Assembly (NCBI GenBank): GCA_013265495.1
Contig: MU058781.1
Location: 3,411,050 to 3,475,049, forward strand
Length of the DNA stretch: 64,000 nucleotides
Direction of reading: 5' to 3'
Origin: Vicugna vicugna
Taxonomy: Eukaryota
Part shown: one piece after another, positions 39,507 to 53,270 of the stretch
How positions within the stretch are numbered: position 1 is the first letter of the stretch
Layout of the letters: each line of letters opens with the position of its first letter
Made by a program: the position numbers and the translations under genes
The notes under the pieces: generated by a model
Databases searched by the model: none
What the model saw: the letters and a program-made list of their open reading frames with translations, nothing else
What the model was told of the DNA's origin: nothing

Positions 39507-39728
39507 CAGTTGACCCCTGGACAATGGGGGGGTTAGGAATGCAGACCCTCCGCTCAGTCGATTCTCCATGTCCGGCCCTCCATGGTCAGGTTCCCTCCAA
39601 ATCCAAGGTTCTGCGTCTGTGGGCTCAGCCGACCGAGGACCATGTCGTGCTGTAGTGTTCAGTGTTGAAAAAAATCCACATGTCAATCAACCCACAGAGT
39701 TCAAACTGTGGCGTTCAAGGGTTAACTG
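39507..39728. mobile_element. Tigger2-family MITE (MER8-like, 222 bp)
   Basis: TIRs cagttgacccctggac / gttcaagggttaactg flanked by TA. Confidence 0.85.
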
Positions 39729-41178
39729 TATTTACCGTCTGTCCCTTTGAAGAAGAAAGAGATGACGTGTCTGAAGATCTAGACTAGGGATGTTCAGAGA
39801 AGGTGACCTTGCTCTCACAGCATCGATGCTGGATCCACCTAGGAGGAGGGCAACCATCAGATATCTCCATCTGACGGCTGGAAATATTTGTCTTCACACA
39901 AGTATGGTTTTCCTTTGTGCTAATTTCTCTAACCATCAAAGTGATTCTGTTTACTTTTACTTCTTAGTCCAGATCTGAAGCACTGCATTGCTTTTAGAGA
40001 TGACACTGAGGATACAGTCCCTTCTTGTAAATGCTGTTACCTGAGCAGGTAGAGGAGCTGCTTCAGGGACACCCAGGTACCATCGAAAGCGGTGCAGCTC
40101 AGCTGTTGGCCAGCTAGGGAGGGACTGGCTCCCCAGACATGTGCCAGAGGGAGTCACTTTAGTAAAAGGAGTGTGTTGTCCTCAAGAGAGGAAGGCCACA
40201 TACCATGCCAGGCAGGCCTTGCTTGAACATAAATATTCGCAGGGGTGATGAGTGTCTTCCTGTTCCTGCTGTCGAAGCTAAATTCCAAGCCCCACAGGGG
40301 AAGGTCGGGAGCAGTGAGAGAGACACGGAGTGAGAGTCAGATCACAGCACGCGACTCCTGGGGAGCAAAATAGGCCTGACCTCAGGCCCAGTGACACAGG
40401 TTTCGGTTAACCGAGCATCACGCAGGTATGAAGCGGTGTTGTGGTGGCATTTCTGACAAATTCCAAAACGCGGGGACGTGTGTAAAACTGTGGCGACAGG
40501 AGGCTGACAAAATCTCTACACGACGCTTACTGCATAAAGAAGAAGCATTTGTATCTTGCACAGACACCCATGTCAGGAACGTCCATCTTCTAAGTAGACA
40601 GAGGAGGTGCTGAGACGGGTCCCCTGGCTGTGCTTGGCCCTCTCTGTCCCCTTCCATGTGCTTCTCCGTGGATGCTGGCCTGGCTGGGACGGGTGGCTTT
40701 CAGGGCTCTGAGTGTCCAGGCGTTCCTGTCTGCTGCGTGTAGGATTCTGCTTTCAGGCCTCACAATTACCTCTTGTTAAAGACATGCTGGTCAGGATGCT
40801 GGCCACGGTCAGGCTCTCCCGGAAAGGGGGGATCACGCCTGGTGCGGGGGAAGGTTCTACAGTCAGCCCTTCCCCTCGGGACAGAGGTGGGTGTTTATTT
40901 CACACCTCAGGAACTGGTTTCGCTGGTAATGCCGGCGAGGCTCAGGCAGTCCCGGCCCAGGGCTACTAACGGATTCTGCCCACGTTTTCCCTGGGCTCCT
41001 GCTGGGGCATTTCTGCGTGGAGAAGCTGCGTGCCCATTTGCTGGTGCTGCTGGGTCTTTTGAGTTCCCTGTGGCTTCACACATCCAGGTGCACATGCGAG
41101 ACAGTGGGGGGAGGTGTGTGTGTGCTGGGTATCCGATGTGGACAGAATGCAAGGAGATGAGGGGAGAAAAGGAAATTT

Positions 41179-41211
<33 letters not shown>

Positions 41212-41295
41212 TTACATCTATACATATGTATACACATACACAAAAAAGGAAATGTATATGTTTATACACACACACAAACGTACACACGTACACAG
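41179..41295. repeat. (TA)n(CA)n compound microsatellite with degenerate tail
   Basis: tatatatatatatatatacacacacacacacacac followed by degenerate tacaca units. Confidence 0.9.
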
Positions 41296-44014
41296 GAGAG
41301 TCAAGGATACTGACTACCGTCCACCAGGCTGGGAGCCAAGGATCCTGCGCTACACACATGCTATGTGTTCCTGGCCTCTTCTGGCGAACATACTTGAGGG
41401 GATACAGTCTCTTCTTACAAGCCATCTCTCTCCCAATCTGTTGTGTAGATAAGGCCAAGAATTTAGTAAAAATCATTTCTATTTGTTTTCTGTGTGGTCA
41501 GGGTAAAGTCTGTTGGAGCAACCATGTCACACTCCATTTTTATGTTCTTTTTCCTCTTCGCCTTTCCCATCTTACAGATACTTTCCTGGTCAGATAAACC
41601 CATTCCAGTATTAGAACTCCATCTTTCCTGGTTCTTTGAGAGTTAACAAATAGATTTTCAAAAAACGCAAAAATACAAATCCAAACTGATTACACAGTCC
41701 TAAAATCGACCTGCTGCTGGGGAAGAAAAGATGTGAGTGCGTGGGTGGAGTGATGTCTCTTTGTTGCATGATATATTTGTATGTATTTTGTGAAACATCA
41801 GGCCATGGGAAAGCGCTCATAGTCTAATGAGAATAACGACATTCTTCACCACTCTTTCGTTCTTTGGGGCTATTGATTTTTAAAATGAAATATTGTGCTA
41901 AAATTGTGAGGTCATCGATCAGGAAACAGTATGGAAATGAGACCTTTAACAAAAGAGAATTATAGAAAACTTTGCAAAATAATGTGACCAAAACCCCCAC
42001 CACTCGAGCGTCTGAGGCTCTTTGTTTCCGTCTCCAGGTCTTGGCACCTGTCTCCCAGCTTCTGTCTCACATAAGCCCCTTCAGCCTCTCTGTGGGAGGT
42101 GCTGATGGCCCCAAGACGAGGGACTGGCCTGTGGGGTGAACATGAAAAGAGCATGGGCTGCACATACTCTGTCGCTCCTGGGGTCGTCCGGGTGTCACAG
42201 TCAGAGCATGGGCATGGGAGAAGGCATCCCGGGGCCCCACTTCCAACTCTTCATCCCTTGCCTTGCTTTGGAAAGTAATCGAGGGTTGGATATGTTGTTT
42301 ATTGAAGCCCAGCACAGCAAGACATTGGGACATCTGGACCCACAGTGTTTTGCGAATGAAATGAGGGGACGAGTAAGTTAACTGTTTGCTTGTGACATTT
42401 TCATGTGGTCTAGACCATGCAAGTCAACCTACCCACAGTCTTGTCCAGGACAGTCACTCAGCAGTGACCCCCAGAGCTTCTGCTTTTCATTTGAATCACT
42501 TTTTGTCCTTCTTGCAGAGGTCTGTTCACCAGAAGCAGCGTTCTTTAAAGAAGCGGGGACAGTAAGTACAGGGACACCTCGCTAAGGCTCGAGTTAAGAG
42601 AAGGCTGTCCAGATGCCCGTGCATAGCAGTTCCTGCTTGGGCCTAGATCGGATCTTTGGCTGAGATTCAGATGGCTGTAAGCTTGTTTGGTAGGCGTGTT
42701 CTGGGTCTGACAAGACGTCTTCTTTCTTGCGGGAAGTCAGCTGTGCCCTCACTCTGGGCAGGCGTCCTTCAGCAACAGCCGTTGTCAGGTGCCCTTTCCA
42801 GCAGTGAAGGCAAGAGTCCGCGCTGAAGGGGCTAAGGCATAAAAGGACGAAATCTGCCAGTGCCCTTTGGTAATGACAGGACTTGTTCTGAGGACATAAT
42901 TGGGGACTCCCTGAAGTAATTGGGGTAATTTGCAAACATTGGAGATAATGTGTTTGACGTAGGAAATATTGTGTGTAAGTTATCTGAATCTTTTTCTTGA
43001 CTTTTTCCTCTTGGTTGGAGTATTGTCCCCAGTTTGAGTCCCCACCCTTAACGAGAAATGGTACGGAGACAGTCTAATGAGATTGTCATCTGTCACTCTG
43101 CTCATCACCAGAATTGGTATGTTTATCTGACTAGCAAAGCCAGGGTGTCCTCCTCTGGTATTTCTCAGTACCTCAAATCTCAATAGCTTCATCAAAAAGA
43201 AAGACTTTCCTTACCATGATCTTCCTATCCATCAGGGATCTGACAGGAGATAGGCAGTGCGTTCATTATGATTACTGGAGGAGGGTTTATTTACAATAGA
43301 ACTAATTACAAAGATGTGGACAGGCTTCAGAATCCTTCTTAACACAGAGCTCTAGGCATCCTCTGTCAAACAGTCAGAACGGACAAATGAGATGAACTAA
43401 TTTTTCACTGTGCATAAGAACCAATAAAGCCATAGCCTGCTTATCTATTTTTACATGAAAAAGTGTTCAGTGTGTGGGAAGCTCTCAAATGCAATGAGTT
43501 AAGACAGGAGGTAAGTTTGGAACCAAAAAAGACCTACTTCTTAGCTCCTCGAGGCCAAGAAACTAACACATCTCTAATTCCAGTTTTATTACACATCAGA
43601 TTCATCTCTTTAATTTCCACCTACCTGGCACTTATCTGGAAAATGTTCAACAGATCTGAGGAATCATACTGAATTCAGTGGAATTAAAGTGAAATAAATA
43701 CTAAATATTAAACTCATTTGTCTAAATTATGGCCCCTAACTTCTTCAAGATTTTATTTCCGTAAGATAGAAAATAGATCTCAATTCTTCGCCTTGTATAT
43801 GGAGACTAGCATCTTGCCCACTCCATTTCTCCCCTGATTTCTCGATCATCTTCCTCATTTCAGTAAAGTTACTAATGACTAAACCCTTTTCAGGATATAC
43901 AGAATTCCTCCAAATCCTCACACGCTCTCTAAACTTACCTACCTGCCTCGTCTCTGCCCACCCCCACCTTCCCCCAGCTGCTAAAGCAGCCTCCTCCGGT
44001 GCTTTATAATACCG

Positions 44015-44441
44015 TCCGTGTTCTCACACTTCAGTGTGTGGGCAAGTCTGAAGACCCCTGTGGGCCCATGTCCTGTGTTAAAGCGACACAGGCTGCTGGG
44101 TTCCACCCCCAGGCTTTCTGATTCAGTTCCACTGGAGCCCAGGAATTGGCATGGCTAGTGAGTTCCCAGCTGCTGCGAGAAATGACCTGGGAAGCCTGAA
44201 AAAGTACGTATCACCTAAAACTAACACATCATTGTAAATCAGCTATACTTAATAAAAAATAAATTAAAATTAAAAAATAATTTTTAAAAAGTAAACTTTA
44301 AAAACAAAAGTATGTATCAGTGCCCAAGCTCTGCCCCCCCCCATGTATTATGATTTAACTGGTCCAGAGTGTGGCCCCGCCATTAGCTTTTTTTAAGGTA
44401 ACACAGGTTATTCTAATGTGCTGCAAGGTTGAGAGCCACTG
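44015..44441. mobile_element. MER5A/MER5B (hAT-Charlie) remnants
   Basis: tttctgattcagt...ggagcccaggaattggcat and caggttattctaatgtgctgcaaggttgagagccactg terminus. Confidence 0.65.
44214..44305 (+). mobile_element. Tiny L1 3' tip plus A-rich tail inserted in a MER5-type element
   Basis: cctaaaactaacacatcattgtaaatcagctatacttaataaaaaa... with 14-bp TSD aaaagtacgtatca (44200-44213) / aaaagtatgtatca (44306-44319). Confidence 0.85.
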
Positions 44442-44924
44442 ACTCGGAAACCATGGAGTTAGCAGAGATTAGAAAGAAAGACAAAACGCTATAGGGAGAG
44501 GACCAGGGATGAGCAGCAAGCCACAACTTGAGGATATTTGTTCCCACTTGACTAGTGAGGTGTGGTAATTGGGGCGGTGCTGACGCGCTAGTTTTGCCTC
44601 AGTCTTAGTCTTTTACCTTGACCTCTTAGCAGATCATATTAAACTTGCTGAAGACTCTGATGGAAAAAAATAGTTTTGTGTTTCCGGGGAGAATGTTAAC
44701 TTTTACAACAGAAATGCAGTAGAGCTATCTATTGAAGGATTTAAAAAAAAAAAAAAAAAAAGCAAGGATCAAATTTCAGATCTTATGTTTTGAGAAGAGG
44801 CTAAGGATAAAACACAGTGTATATTTGAACTTTATTCTATCATCCACACACAGTCATTCTTGGTAATATTGTTAGCTGTTATAACTAGCTCTAACTGAAG
44901 GCCTAGACCAGTGTCTGGTATGTT

Positions 44925-45065
44925 ATGGGTGGGTGGATGGATAGATGGAGAGATGCATGCACAGATGGATGGATGAATACATGGACGGATGGACAGTCTC
45001 ACGCATGAATAGAAAGATGGATAGATGTACACATGCACAGACAGACGGATGGATGGATAGACGGG
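44925..45065. repeat. Degenerate (GGAT/AGAT)n simple repeat
   Basis: gggtgggtggatggatagatgg...gacggatggatggatagacgg. Confidence 0.85.
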
Positions 45066-45656
45066 TAAGATTAAACTACAGGGGACCAAATCTCCTGAGT
45101 CACTTTAAAGTGGTAGAAGAGTGGACATTAGTTTTTATTCCCATATTCCTTATCCTTTGACATCACGTTGTTTTAGCATTTCCTTTGATTGTTTCTTCAT
45201 GTAAACACGGCTTTATTGAGATGATTATATTCTTAGGTTAACTTCATTAACTATCTTAATTTCTGTTCAGATACTCTTTCAAGGTGGTCTTCCTGATTGC
45301 TAGTTTTGAGCCTTATGTCTAGGAATCCTAGTAACACCAAACGTATGCACTATGTAGGCGCTCAGTCTTTGTACTAATTATTGTTTTTTTAATGAGTTTG
45401 ATGCCACGAGCAACACACCCAGTTCGCTGGTATTCCCAAACTGATTTCAGTGTTCAGTTCAGTGATCAGCATCATTTCAGTGTTTTTCCTGATCATTACC
45501 TGCAGTCCTTTATCTTTGCCGTGGGGCCTCACAGTGGGGCTATGGCCTCCAGTGAATAAAGCCAAAATCATTTCTCTCTTAAGAGTAACCTGTTTATCTA
45601 GTTGAGGTGAGAGGCTTTTTTTCGAGTTAACGTATCACGCTTTATGCTTATTTTTA

Positions 45657-46434
45657 TTTTTTCTTTTTTAATTATTATTATTTTTTATTGAAGTATAGTC
45701 AATTTCCAACATTCATTTCTGGTATTAATTTCTGATGTGCAGCATAGTGATCCAGGTACATGTATAAATACATTCCTTTTCATATTCTTTTTCATTATAA
45801 GCCATTACAAGGTATTAGATATAGTTCCCTGTGCTATACAGTACGACCTATATTTCTATATATAGTAATTTGTATCTTCAAATCCCAAACTCCCAATATA
45901 TCCCTCCACACCCACTCCTCTGCCCCCGCCCCTGTAACTGCAAGTTTGTTTTCTATGTCTATGAATCTGTTTCTATTTTATAAGTAAGTTCATTTGTCTC
46001 AATTTTTAAAATTCCACATATAAGTGATATCATATGGTATTTTCCTTTTTCTTTCTGGCTTATTTTACTTAGTATGATGGTCTTCAAGTCCATCCATTTT
46101 GCTGTAAGTGGTATTATTTTATTCCTTTTTATGGCTGAATAGTATTCCATTGTATAAACATACCACAACTTCTTTATCCATTCATCTGTCCATGGACATT
46201 CAGGTTGCTTCCAAGTCTTGGCTATTGCTGGAGAGTGTGTGGAGAAAAGGGAGCCCTCCTACACTGTTGATGGGTATGTTGTTTGGCACGGCCATTATGG
46301 AAAGATTATGAAGAATCCTTAAAAAACTAAAAATAGACTTACCATATGATCCAGCAATACCACTCCTGGGCATGTATCCAGAGGAAACTCTAATTCAAAA
46401 ACAGACATGCACTCCAATGTACATAGCAGCACTA
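45657..46434 (-). mobile_element. 5'-inverted L1 (3'UTR plus ORF2 C-terminal remnant)
   Basis: Antisense segment to ~46229 (ORF-track MWYVYTMEYYSAIKRNKI is L1 ORF2 end), then sense segment gctggagagtgtgtggagaaaagggagccctcctacactgttg...gcagcactat. TSD tatgcttattttta (45643-45656) / tatacttattttta (46435-46448). Confidence 0.9.
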
Positions 46435-47341
46435 TATACTTATTTTTAAAGGGGACTTTCACATCTTGTCCTTCGGTTCTCAGCACTTGTATGCAGTAGG
46501 CAGGCTGGGTTGTTGTTACGGCCATTTGTCATATGGTAAAACTCGGGTGCAGAGAGGTGAAGCAGTGTGATGTGCCCAACGGAGCCTCTGGCTAATGGTA
46601 GAGGTAAGTCAGGAGGCAGGGCTCCAAATCCCAGTCCATTTTCCCCAGTCTGTGCTCTTTCTTATGCAGTAGCCAGGCTGTTTGTTAATAGCTTAAGGGG
46701 AATGATGATGGGGGGGCAGGGTTGAGAAATTTCTGGAAAGAGTTGGGTGCATGGATCAACAGCTTTAAAAATTGTGCTGCCTCATTTGCACAAGAAAAGA
46801 TAGAGGACAGGGAACTGAGGGATAAAAGCCAACTGCTGCTTACCCTCCCCAGAGGCCTCTCTCCAGTGGCAGGAAGGCTGTCCCGCAAGCCAAGAGTTCT
46901 AGTCACCCCCTTGGGCACAGCAATAAGGTAGCCTTATTTCTTCAAGGTAGTCTGACAGAGGCTGGCAGCTGAGGATTCCTTCTGCTCCATCGCTCAGGGA
47001 TGAAAAGGCTGAGGCTCAGAGAGGGACACCAGCTCATCTGAGGTCCCACACCTGTCAGGTAATGGACTTGTGCTGATCACTGGTGTACACAGTCCTGTCC
47101 CTGAAGGAGAGGGCATCTCTGGTGCTCTCATCTTTCATGAAACCTGCTGAGAAGCAGGAACTAAGGAGGTGGGAAAAGAAGATGTGAGATCTCTAAAAAC
47201 CTAGGGAGGGAAAAGCTTCAGGAAGTTGCTGTTAGTCGAAAGTGTCATATGGTAAAGGTCGTATAACATGAAGGCTCTGCACAGGCCACTGCGTTTGGCA
47301 TTTAAGTCATCAATGACTTTGGCGAGAGGGGACGCAGTAGA

Positions 47342-47535
47342 GCAAAGTTTCTCAGCCTTGGCACTGTTGACACTTCGGACTGAGTAATTCTTGAGGGGGC
47401 TGTCCTGTGCCTTGTAAGATGTTTGGCAGCGACCCTGGACTCTACCTGGTAGAGATGCCAACAGCATCCTCCCCAGTGGTGACAACCAAAAACATCCCCA
47501 GACGTTTCCAAATGCCCCAGGGTCGGGGGGAGTCA
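47342..47535. mobile_element. MER20
   Basis: tttctcagccttggcactgttgaca...gctgtcctgtgccttgtaagatgtttggcagc...gacaaccaaaaacatccccagac. Confidence 0.8.
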
Positions 47536-47769
47536 TTCCTGCATGATAGAGTGTTGTAGACAGAAGGCAGATTGTGACGGGTTGTTGAGACCTCAGGAAC
47601 ATCAAACCACAAGCACAGGGCCCTTCTCAGTGGGGGTTTCCGTGCACCTGCCCAGGTCATCTGCTCACGAAGCACCCCTGGGGTTGGGGGGCAGACACGG
47701 CCCTGCCCTACAAAGCTGAAGCCCTGGGCTCCAGTGGACAATGTGGGCAATAATGGATGTATGACAAGT

Positions 47770-48580
47770 ACCGGGATCCAGAAGATACAGGACTGTGGAT
47801 ACACAGTGTAGAAGCACCTTCACCAAAAGGCTAGTGAACAGAGGAAGTGACACTTGAGGTTTAAGCTGCAGTTCTTGGGGATTATTGTCAGTTAGCCAGA
47901 CAAAGAGGAAGAGAAAGAATATTTAGATATAAGGAAGGGCATGCAAATCTGGAAGGAACCAAGAGGCAGTGGTTCCATCTAAAGGACGGGATGGGGGAGG
48001 TGCTTGGCAAGCAGCCAGATCACGAAGATCCTCATAGGACACTGGGTGTTTTGACTCCTTGCTGCAGGTGCTGGAAAGGTGTGTGTTGCTTTCAAGCTGG
48101 GGGTGAAGTGATTAGATTTACCCCTTGGAAAGACCATGCTGCCTGGGGCGGAAGCCATTAGGCTGGCTGCACCTGGGAGAGATGCTGGTGGCCTGCCTTC
48201 CTGAGGGGGCGGTGGTGCAGTGGAATGAAAGATGTTTTGGACTTGATGGTTGATTGGCCGCTAAGGGTGAAGTACAGAGAGGATACTTTCCAGTTTCCTG
48301 GGCAGCTTACTGCAGGGTGGGGATAGGATTGGTGGACAAAATAATTTGTCCAGTTGGCAAAACTACCTAGACAGGAGGGGAAGATGAATTAATTCATTTG
48401 AGACCCTTGAAGTTTGATGGCCTGTGGAAATATAAGAATGCAGTTGGGAAAGGTGGTCTGGGACTCAAAATTACGCCTGGAGGTATAGATTTTGGCGTCA
48501 TTGGCATGCGAATGCTAACTGAAGTCGTAAGTGTTGAAGAGATCGTGCAAGGAGCACATGTGGCATCAGAACTGGTAGGA
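47770..48580. mobile_element. L2 LINE remnant
   Basis: Degenerate L2 3' motifs (gaagcaccttcacc...gtgacacttgag, gccagatcacgaag, ctggaggtatagattttggcgtcattggcat). Similar remnants lie near 10460-10700, 15780-16030, 18460-18900 and 50200-50750. Confidence 0.6.
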
Positions 48581-51500
48581 TCTGGGTCAATCACTAAATG
48601 AGCATCCATTACGTTTTCAGTGGTCTCCTAGGAACCTGGGGGTGGAGTGATGACCGACAGAAATGCCCCAGCCCTCACGGCACTGACAGGTTCCGAGGAA
48701 AGAATTCCAAAGGAGGTGCAGGGGACAACTCAGTGCTTCTCTCCTTCCGCCTACCCCGAGCAAGTCCATCTCCACTTGTTCCGTTTCCCGCCTAGGGCGT
48801 CTGCTGGGAGACCCCCTTCTCCCCCTGCCTTAGGAAAGAGGACTTTGCTTTTTCTCATTGTGCACAGGCGCCTTTGCATTTTCTCTTTCCATCTGTCTGA
48901 AAAGGCAGGTACCTCCCTCCCTCTGGGGCTGAGATGCAGCAAATCAAAGTCAGTTCTACTTTTCTTTTTCTCCTGAAATGGCAGATTCAGCTTCAGAGAT
49001 CCACACTTTAAAATCAGGGCTTGCAAAACAACAGGCAGTTGTAAATACTCATAAAAGCTGTGACCTTGCTGCTCCAAAGCCTGCAGAAGGCTCATTAGGT
49101 CCGTGCAGCAGAACGAATCCTGGTCGGCGTCGAGTCAGACCAGCAAAACCTAAGGGTTGTGTCACTTCTCTGGGGAGATGCTGCAGTGCACAAAGACAGC
49201 TCTCCTCTGCTCTGCATACATTTAAAACGTCTTGCCGCTGCGCTCACTAGTAATCTCCTGCCAACGCCGGCGCCGAAGTGCCATTTGTTTGGGGTTGGTG
49301 GGTTTGCTTCACAGAAAAATGTTAGTGTGTTTGCTTTTCTCTTATGGTCAGTGGTCTACATGGTGTTGTTCAGACTCATAAAAAAAATAAGATCCATTCT
49401 TACATTTTTGAAAGAAAACAGAAGGCTCATAGTTGGCTATTGAAGGCAAGTAGCATTTAAATGGAAGTCAGTGACTTTTCAGTTCACAGTAAATGGAAAT
49501 CACTTAGCCACGGTCCATGGTAAAGAAGGAATCATTTGAGGCATGGAAACAATTTTGCTGCTCAGAGACGTTGTATCAAGCAGGGTCGTGTATATAACAA
49601 CAAAGCTATTTGAATAGATCACTTGAGAGGACGTTCAAGTTTTACTTTTGGTTAATTCATCTTATATAAAAGTTTAACTCCCAAAAAGGTTTCCTGTGTC
49701 ATTTAGTATTGGAATGGTCGTATCTAAATACCTAGGCAGGAAATTTTTTAATGAAATGTTAGTCTAAATCAGATGACTAGCATCTACCCTCAAGATGAGG
49801 ACAGTGTAACACATGCAGTGCATTCAGAGGGCATCTCTGCTTTTATTCTTGTAATTATTAGCTCCTTGGGATTATGCGTAAAATTGACCACTTCATTAAT
49901 ACAGTAATTGTACTCTGCTCTTCTGCTTTCTATGAACCAACACTTCTGCACAAGGTAGATCCTAAAAGGAACCAAGCAGATGGCTGCTTTACTTGGTGAA
50001 GATGGCAGGCTGCCCTGGGTGCTCCCCTAAAATTCTGACGGCTAGAATTCTGCAGCTTTATCCCTTTTCTTGGTGCATTTGGCTCTGTTTAAAGGCAGAT
50101 CCCACAAAGAAAGATAGTATTTTAAACTAATTTAAGTCATCTTTCTTCTAGTCTACTTTGAAAGAGTAAGTAAAAGCCATCCATTAGGAACTCCCTTATT
50201 AATTCCAGTACCAAACATACAGACCTCTGTACAACACCCTCTTTCCTGCATCCTCCTGTCACGGTAAAGAGCTCTCCCTCCTCCATTTGAAAGATAAAGT
50301 CTTCTCTGTCCCTTAAGTCCCAACCCCTCCTGCCTTCTCAGGACTCCTGCACCATCAGTTGAGACTTCTCCCTCCTAATATACTTAGCTTCTCACCACCG
50401 CCACCGCCACATCTGAATTCTTCCCATTAAACATGGTCAGTCTCTTCCCACAAAAGAGTAAGAATCTCCCCAGAGCCTCCTTCACCACCGGTTCTCTCTC
50501 GTCCCCTTCAAAGCCAGGCTTCCCGGAAGAGTCCTCCAGGCTGCTGGTGTCCCTTTTCTCCCCCCTGTTCCCAACCACGCTGTCCTGGCTTCTGTCCTCA
50601 TCGCCCCTCGGGAAGAGCTCTGGGGGAGGTCACTGACAACTTCCCCAGGGCTGAGCCCAGGGGGCAGCTCTTTTAGGCCCCGTCTGACCTCTCAGCTGCC
50701 CTCAGGTCTCTTCGCTGACCACACCCATCTTCTTACTCTGCTTCCATGATGCGACCAGCGTCCTGCCTCACGAGGCTGATCTGAAGATGAAATGAGTTAA
50801 CATATATGCAGCTCTTAGAACCATGCCCGCACATTTTAGGCATTAAATCAGCGTTTGCTTATTAAATTACTACCTATTATTGGCAGAGGGAAAAACGTAG
50901 GGCTGAGCGGGTCCAATACCTTGTCCAAGAAAAGCAGATTGAGAGCAGAGCCAGGGTTTGAGCCCAGATTCCCTGACTCCTGAGCTGTTAGCGCTTTGTC
51001 ATCATGCCACAATATCGTTTTCCTGCCGAATCACATTTTCAAAGTCAAAACAGCTACTTATAGCACGTACCCTTCGGGAGGGCTCGGCTCCGTTTTACAG
51101 CTGTGATTTCCCTGCGTGTGCTCAGACCCTTTCAGGAGAAATGAAACGTAAATACAGGGCCTCGTTTGAAATTACGTGTGTCTGATGGTAAGTCTGCCTA
51201 GTTAACAGAATTTTCTCTCGTGATTGTTCAGTCACTCATTGTTTTGTCGCGTCCGAGTATGACCCATAAGAAAAACAAAGGCCAGCCCAGAACCAGGCGG
51301 TGCATCTGGTCATGGAGTCGAGGAGCACAAGCCAGTGAGCGAACATCCTGCAGACACTTCTGGGCGTGAGATTCCAAACCACTGGCCCCACTTCGGGGAT
51401 GCAAGCTCCAACCTTGAATCTGGAGGGCTTCTTCAGAACTTACTGCTCCAAACCTTAGCTTCGTGTAAAGCCTGGGTTTTACCAAATGGTCCCATAAAGG

Positions 51501-52237
51501 GGGCCCTGCATCCCTACAAAAAACCAAAACAAAACAAAAACCAGTATTCCTGGGGAAAATAAATTGAAAGATGAGGCAGAGCCTCTAAGACATTCATTCT
51601 AAGTGGAGTCCGGAGCTGCATTCCAGACCCATGACACCAGCTTGCTCAGTCGAGTAACCACAAGTTTCCCCCTGCAGTCTGAGAATGCAGCTTTAGAAAG
51701 GACGCAAGGACTGCTGAGTTTACATTTAGAACAACAAGGATTGTGAATCTCCGAATACACAGCTGGCTCTTAGCAGCAGGGGTAAATAATGCCTTCACGG
51801 GATGTTCTGAGAAGAAAATGAGTAATGAATGTGAACATGTTCTTATCAATCTGATGACTCTGTGGACTGTTGATTTTCACTCTCAGTCTGTCTTCAGAGT
51901 CCATGATGTAAACATCTTGCCGACCGTAGACACCAGCTGCCGGTGTTTGGGGAGGGGCTACCACCCCTGCTGCCAGGACGGCAGTCTTTTCTACCCTTTA
52001 GTCCCATTGGAGGATTCTGAGCAGCCTCCAGCTCCTTCCACAATTTTCTCATTTCACACACACCACATCCCAGTGGGGGAAGCAGAATGCTGAATAATTG
52101 CAGGGTTGCTAAATAATTTCCAAGAGCCTCAAAAATACAGAATGTCTCTATAAAAAAAAAATGCAGGTGTCTCTGTGACACTGAGGCCCATCGTGTGACC
52201 ATTCTTGGACCTGCATCTGGGCGTGTAGTTCTCCCCC

Positions 52238-53270
52238 TTTTTTAATGTAAGTTTCAGGGGGTCCAGCAGTATAATTTGACATCTGTATGCACTACAGTGT
52301 GATCATCACCACCAGTCTATTACCATCCATCACCATACAGTTGACCCATTTCACCCACCCCCAAAACCCCCTTCCCCTCTGGTAATCACTAATCTGATCT
52401 CTGTACCTGTGAGTTTTTGTTTTGTTCATTAGGTTAGGGGTTCTTTAGATTCCACATGGTGAAATCATGTGCTATCTCTCTGATTTATTTCGCACAGAAC
52501 AATACCTTCAGGGTCCCCCCATGTTGTCGGAAATGGCAAGATTTCATCCTTTTTTATGGTTGAGTAGTATTCCACTGTGTATATCTATCACATTATCTTT
52601 ATCCATTTATCCATCAGTGGACACTGAGGTAGCTTCCATATCTTGGCTGTTGTAAATAATGGTGCAGAGAGCATGGGGGTGCAAATGTCTTTTTGAATTA
52701 AGACTTTTCCTGTTCCAGAAGTGAAATGGTTGGGTCATAGGGTAGTTGTATTCTTAATTTTTTGAGGCATCTCCATACTGTTTTCCGTAGTGGCTGCACC
52801 AATTTACATTCCCACCAACAATGTATGAGGGTTCCCTTTTCTTCACATCCACCGACACTTGTTACTTCTTTTTTCTCCCTGAGAATAGCCATTCTGACAG
52901 GTGTGAGGTGATATCTCATTGTGGCTCTGATTTGCATTTTGATACTTAGTGATGTTGAACCTCGTTTTCTGTGCCTATTGGCCATTTTATATGTCCTCTT
53001 CGGAAATGTCTTTACTCAGATCTCCTGCCTGTTTTTTAATCCAGTTGTTTCCTTTTGTTGTTGTTGTTAAGTTGTATTTGTTGCTTATATATTTCGGGTA
53101 TTAACCCCTTACTGGATATATGACTTGAAATTATCTCCTCCCATCCAGTAGTTTGCCTCTTTGTTTTGATGGCTGTTTCTTTCACTGTGCAGAAGCTTTT
53201 TAAGAATCATACGGTCCCACTTGTTTGTTTTTGCTTTTGTGTTCCTTACCTTTGCAGTCAGATCCACAAA
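52238..53270 (-). mobile_element. L1M fragment (~1 kb, ORF2 C-terminus plus 3'UTR)
   Basis: Minus-strand ORFs [12 protein letters not shown]...[18 protein letters not shown] and KAKTNKWD are L1 ORF2 remnants. Confidence 0.9.

Noticed and set aside
40773..41597. 274-aa (+) and 189-aa (-) ORFs
   Set aside because: They run through a (TA)n(CA)n microsatellite, have no splice or homology support, and are low complexity.
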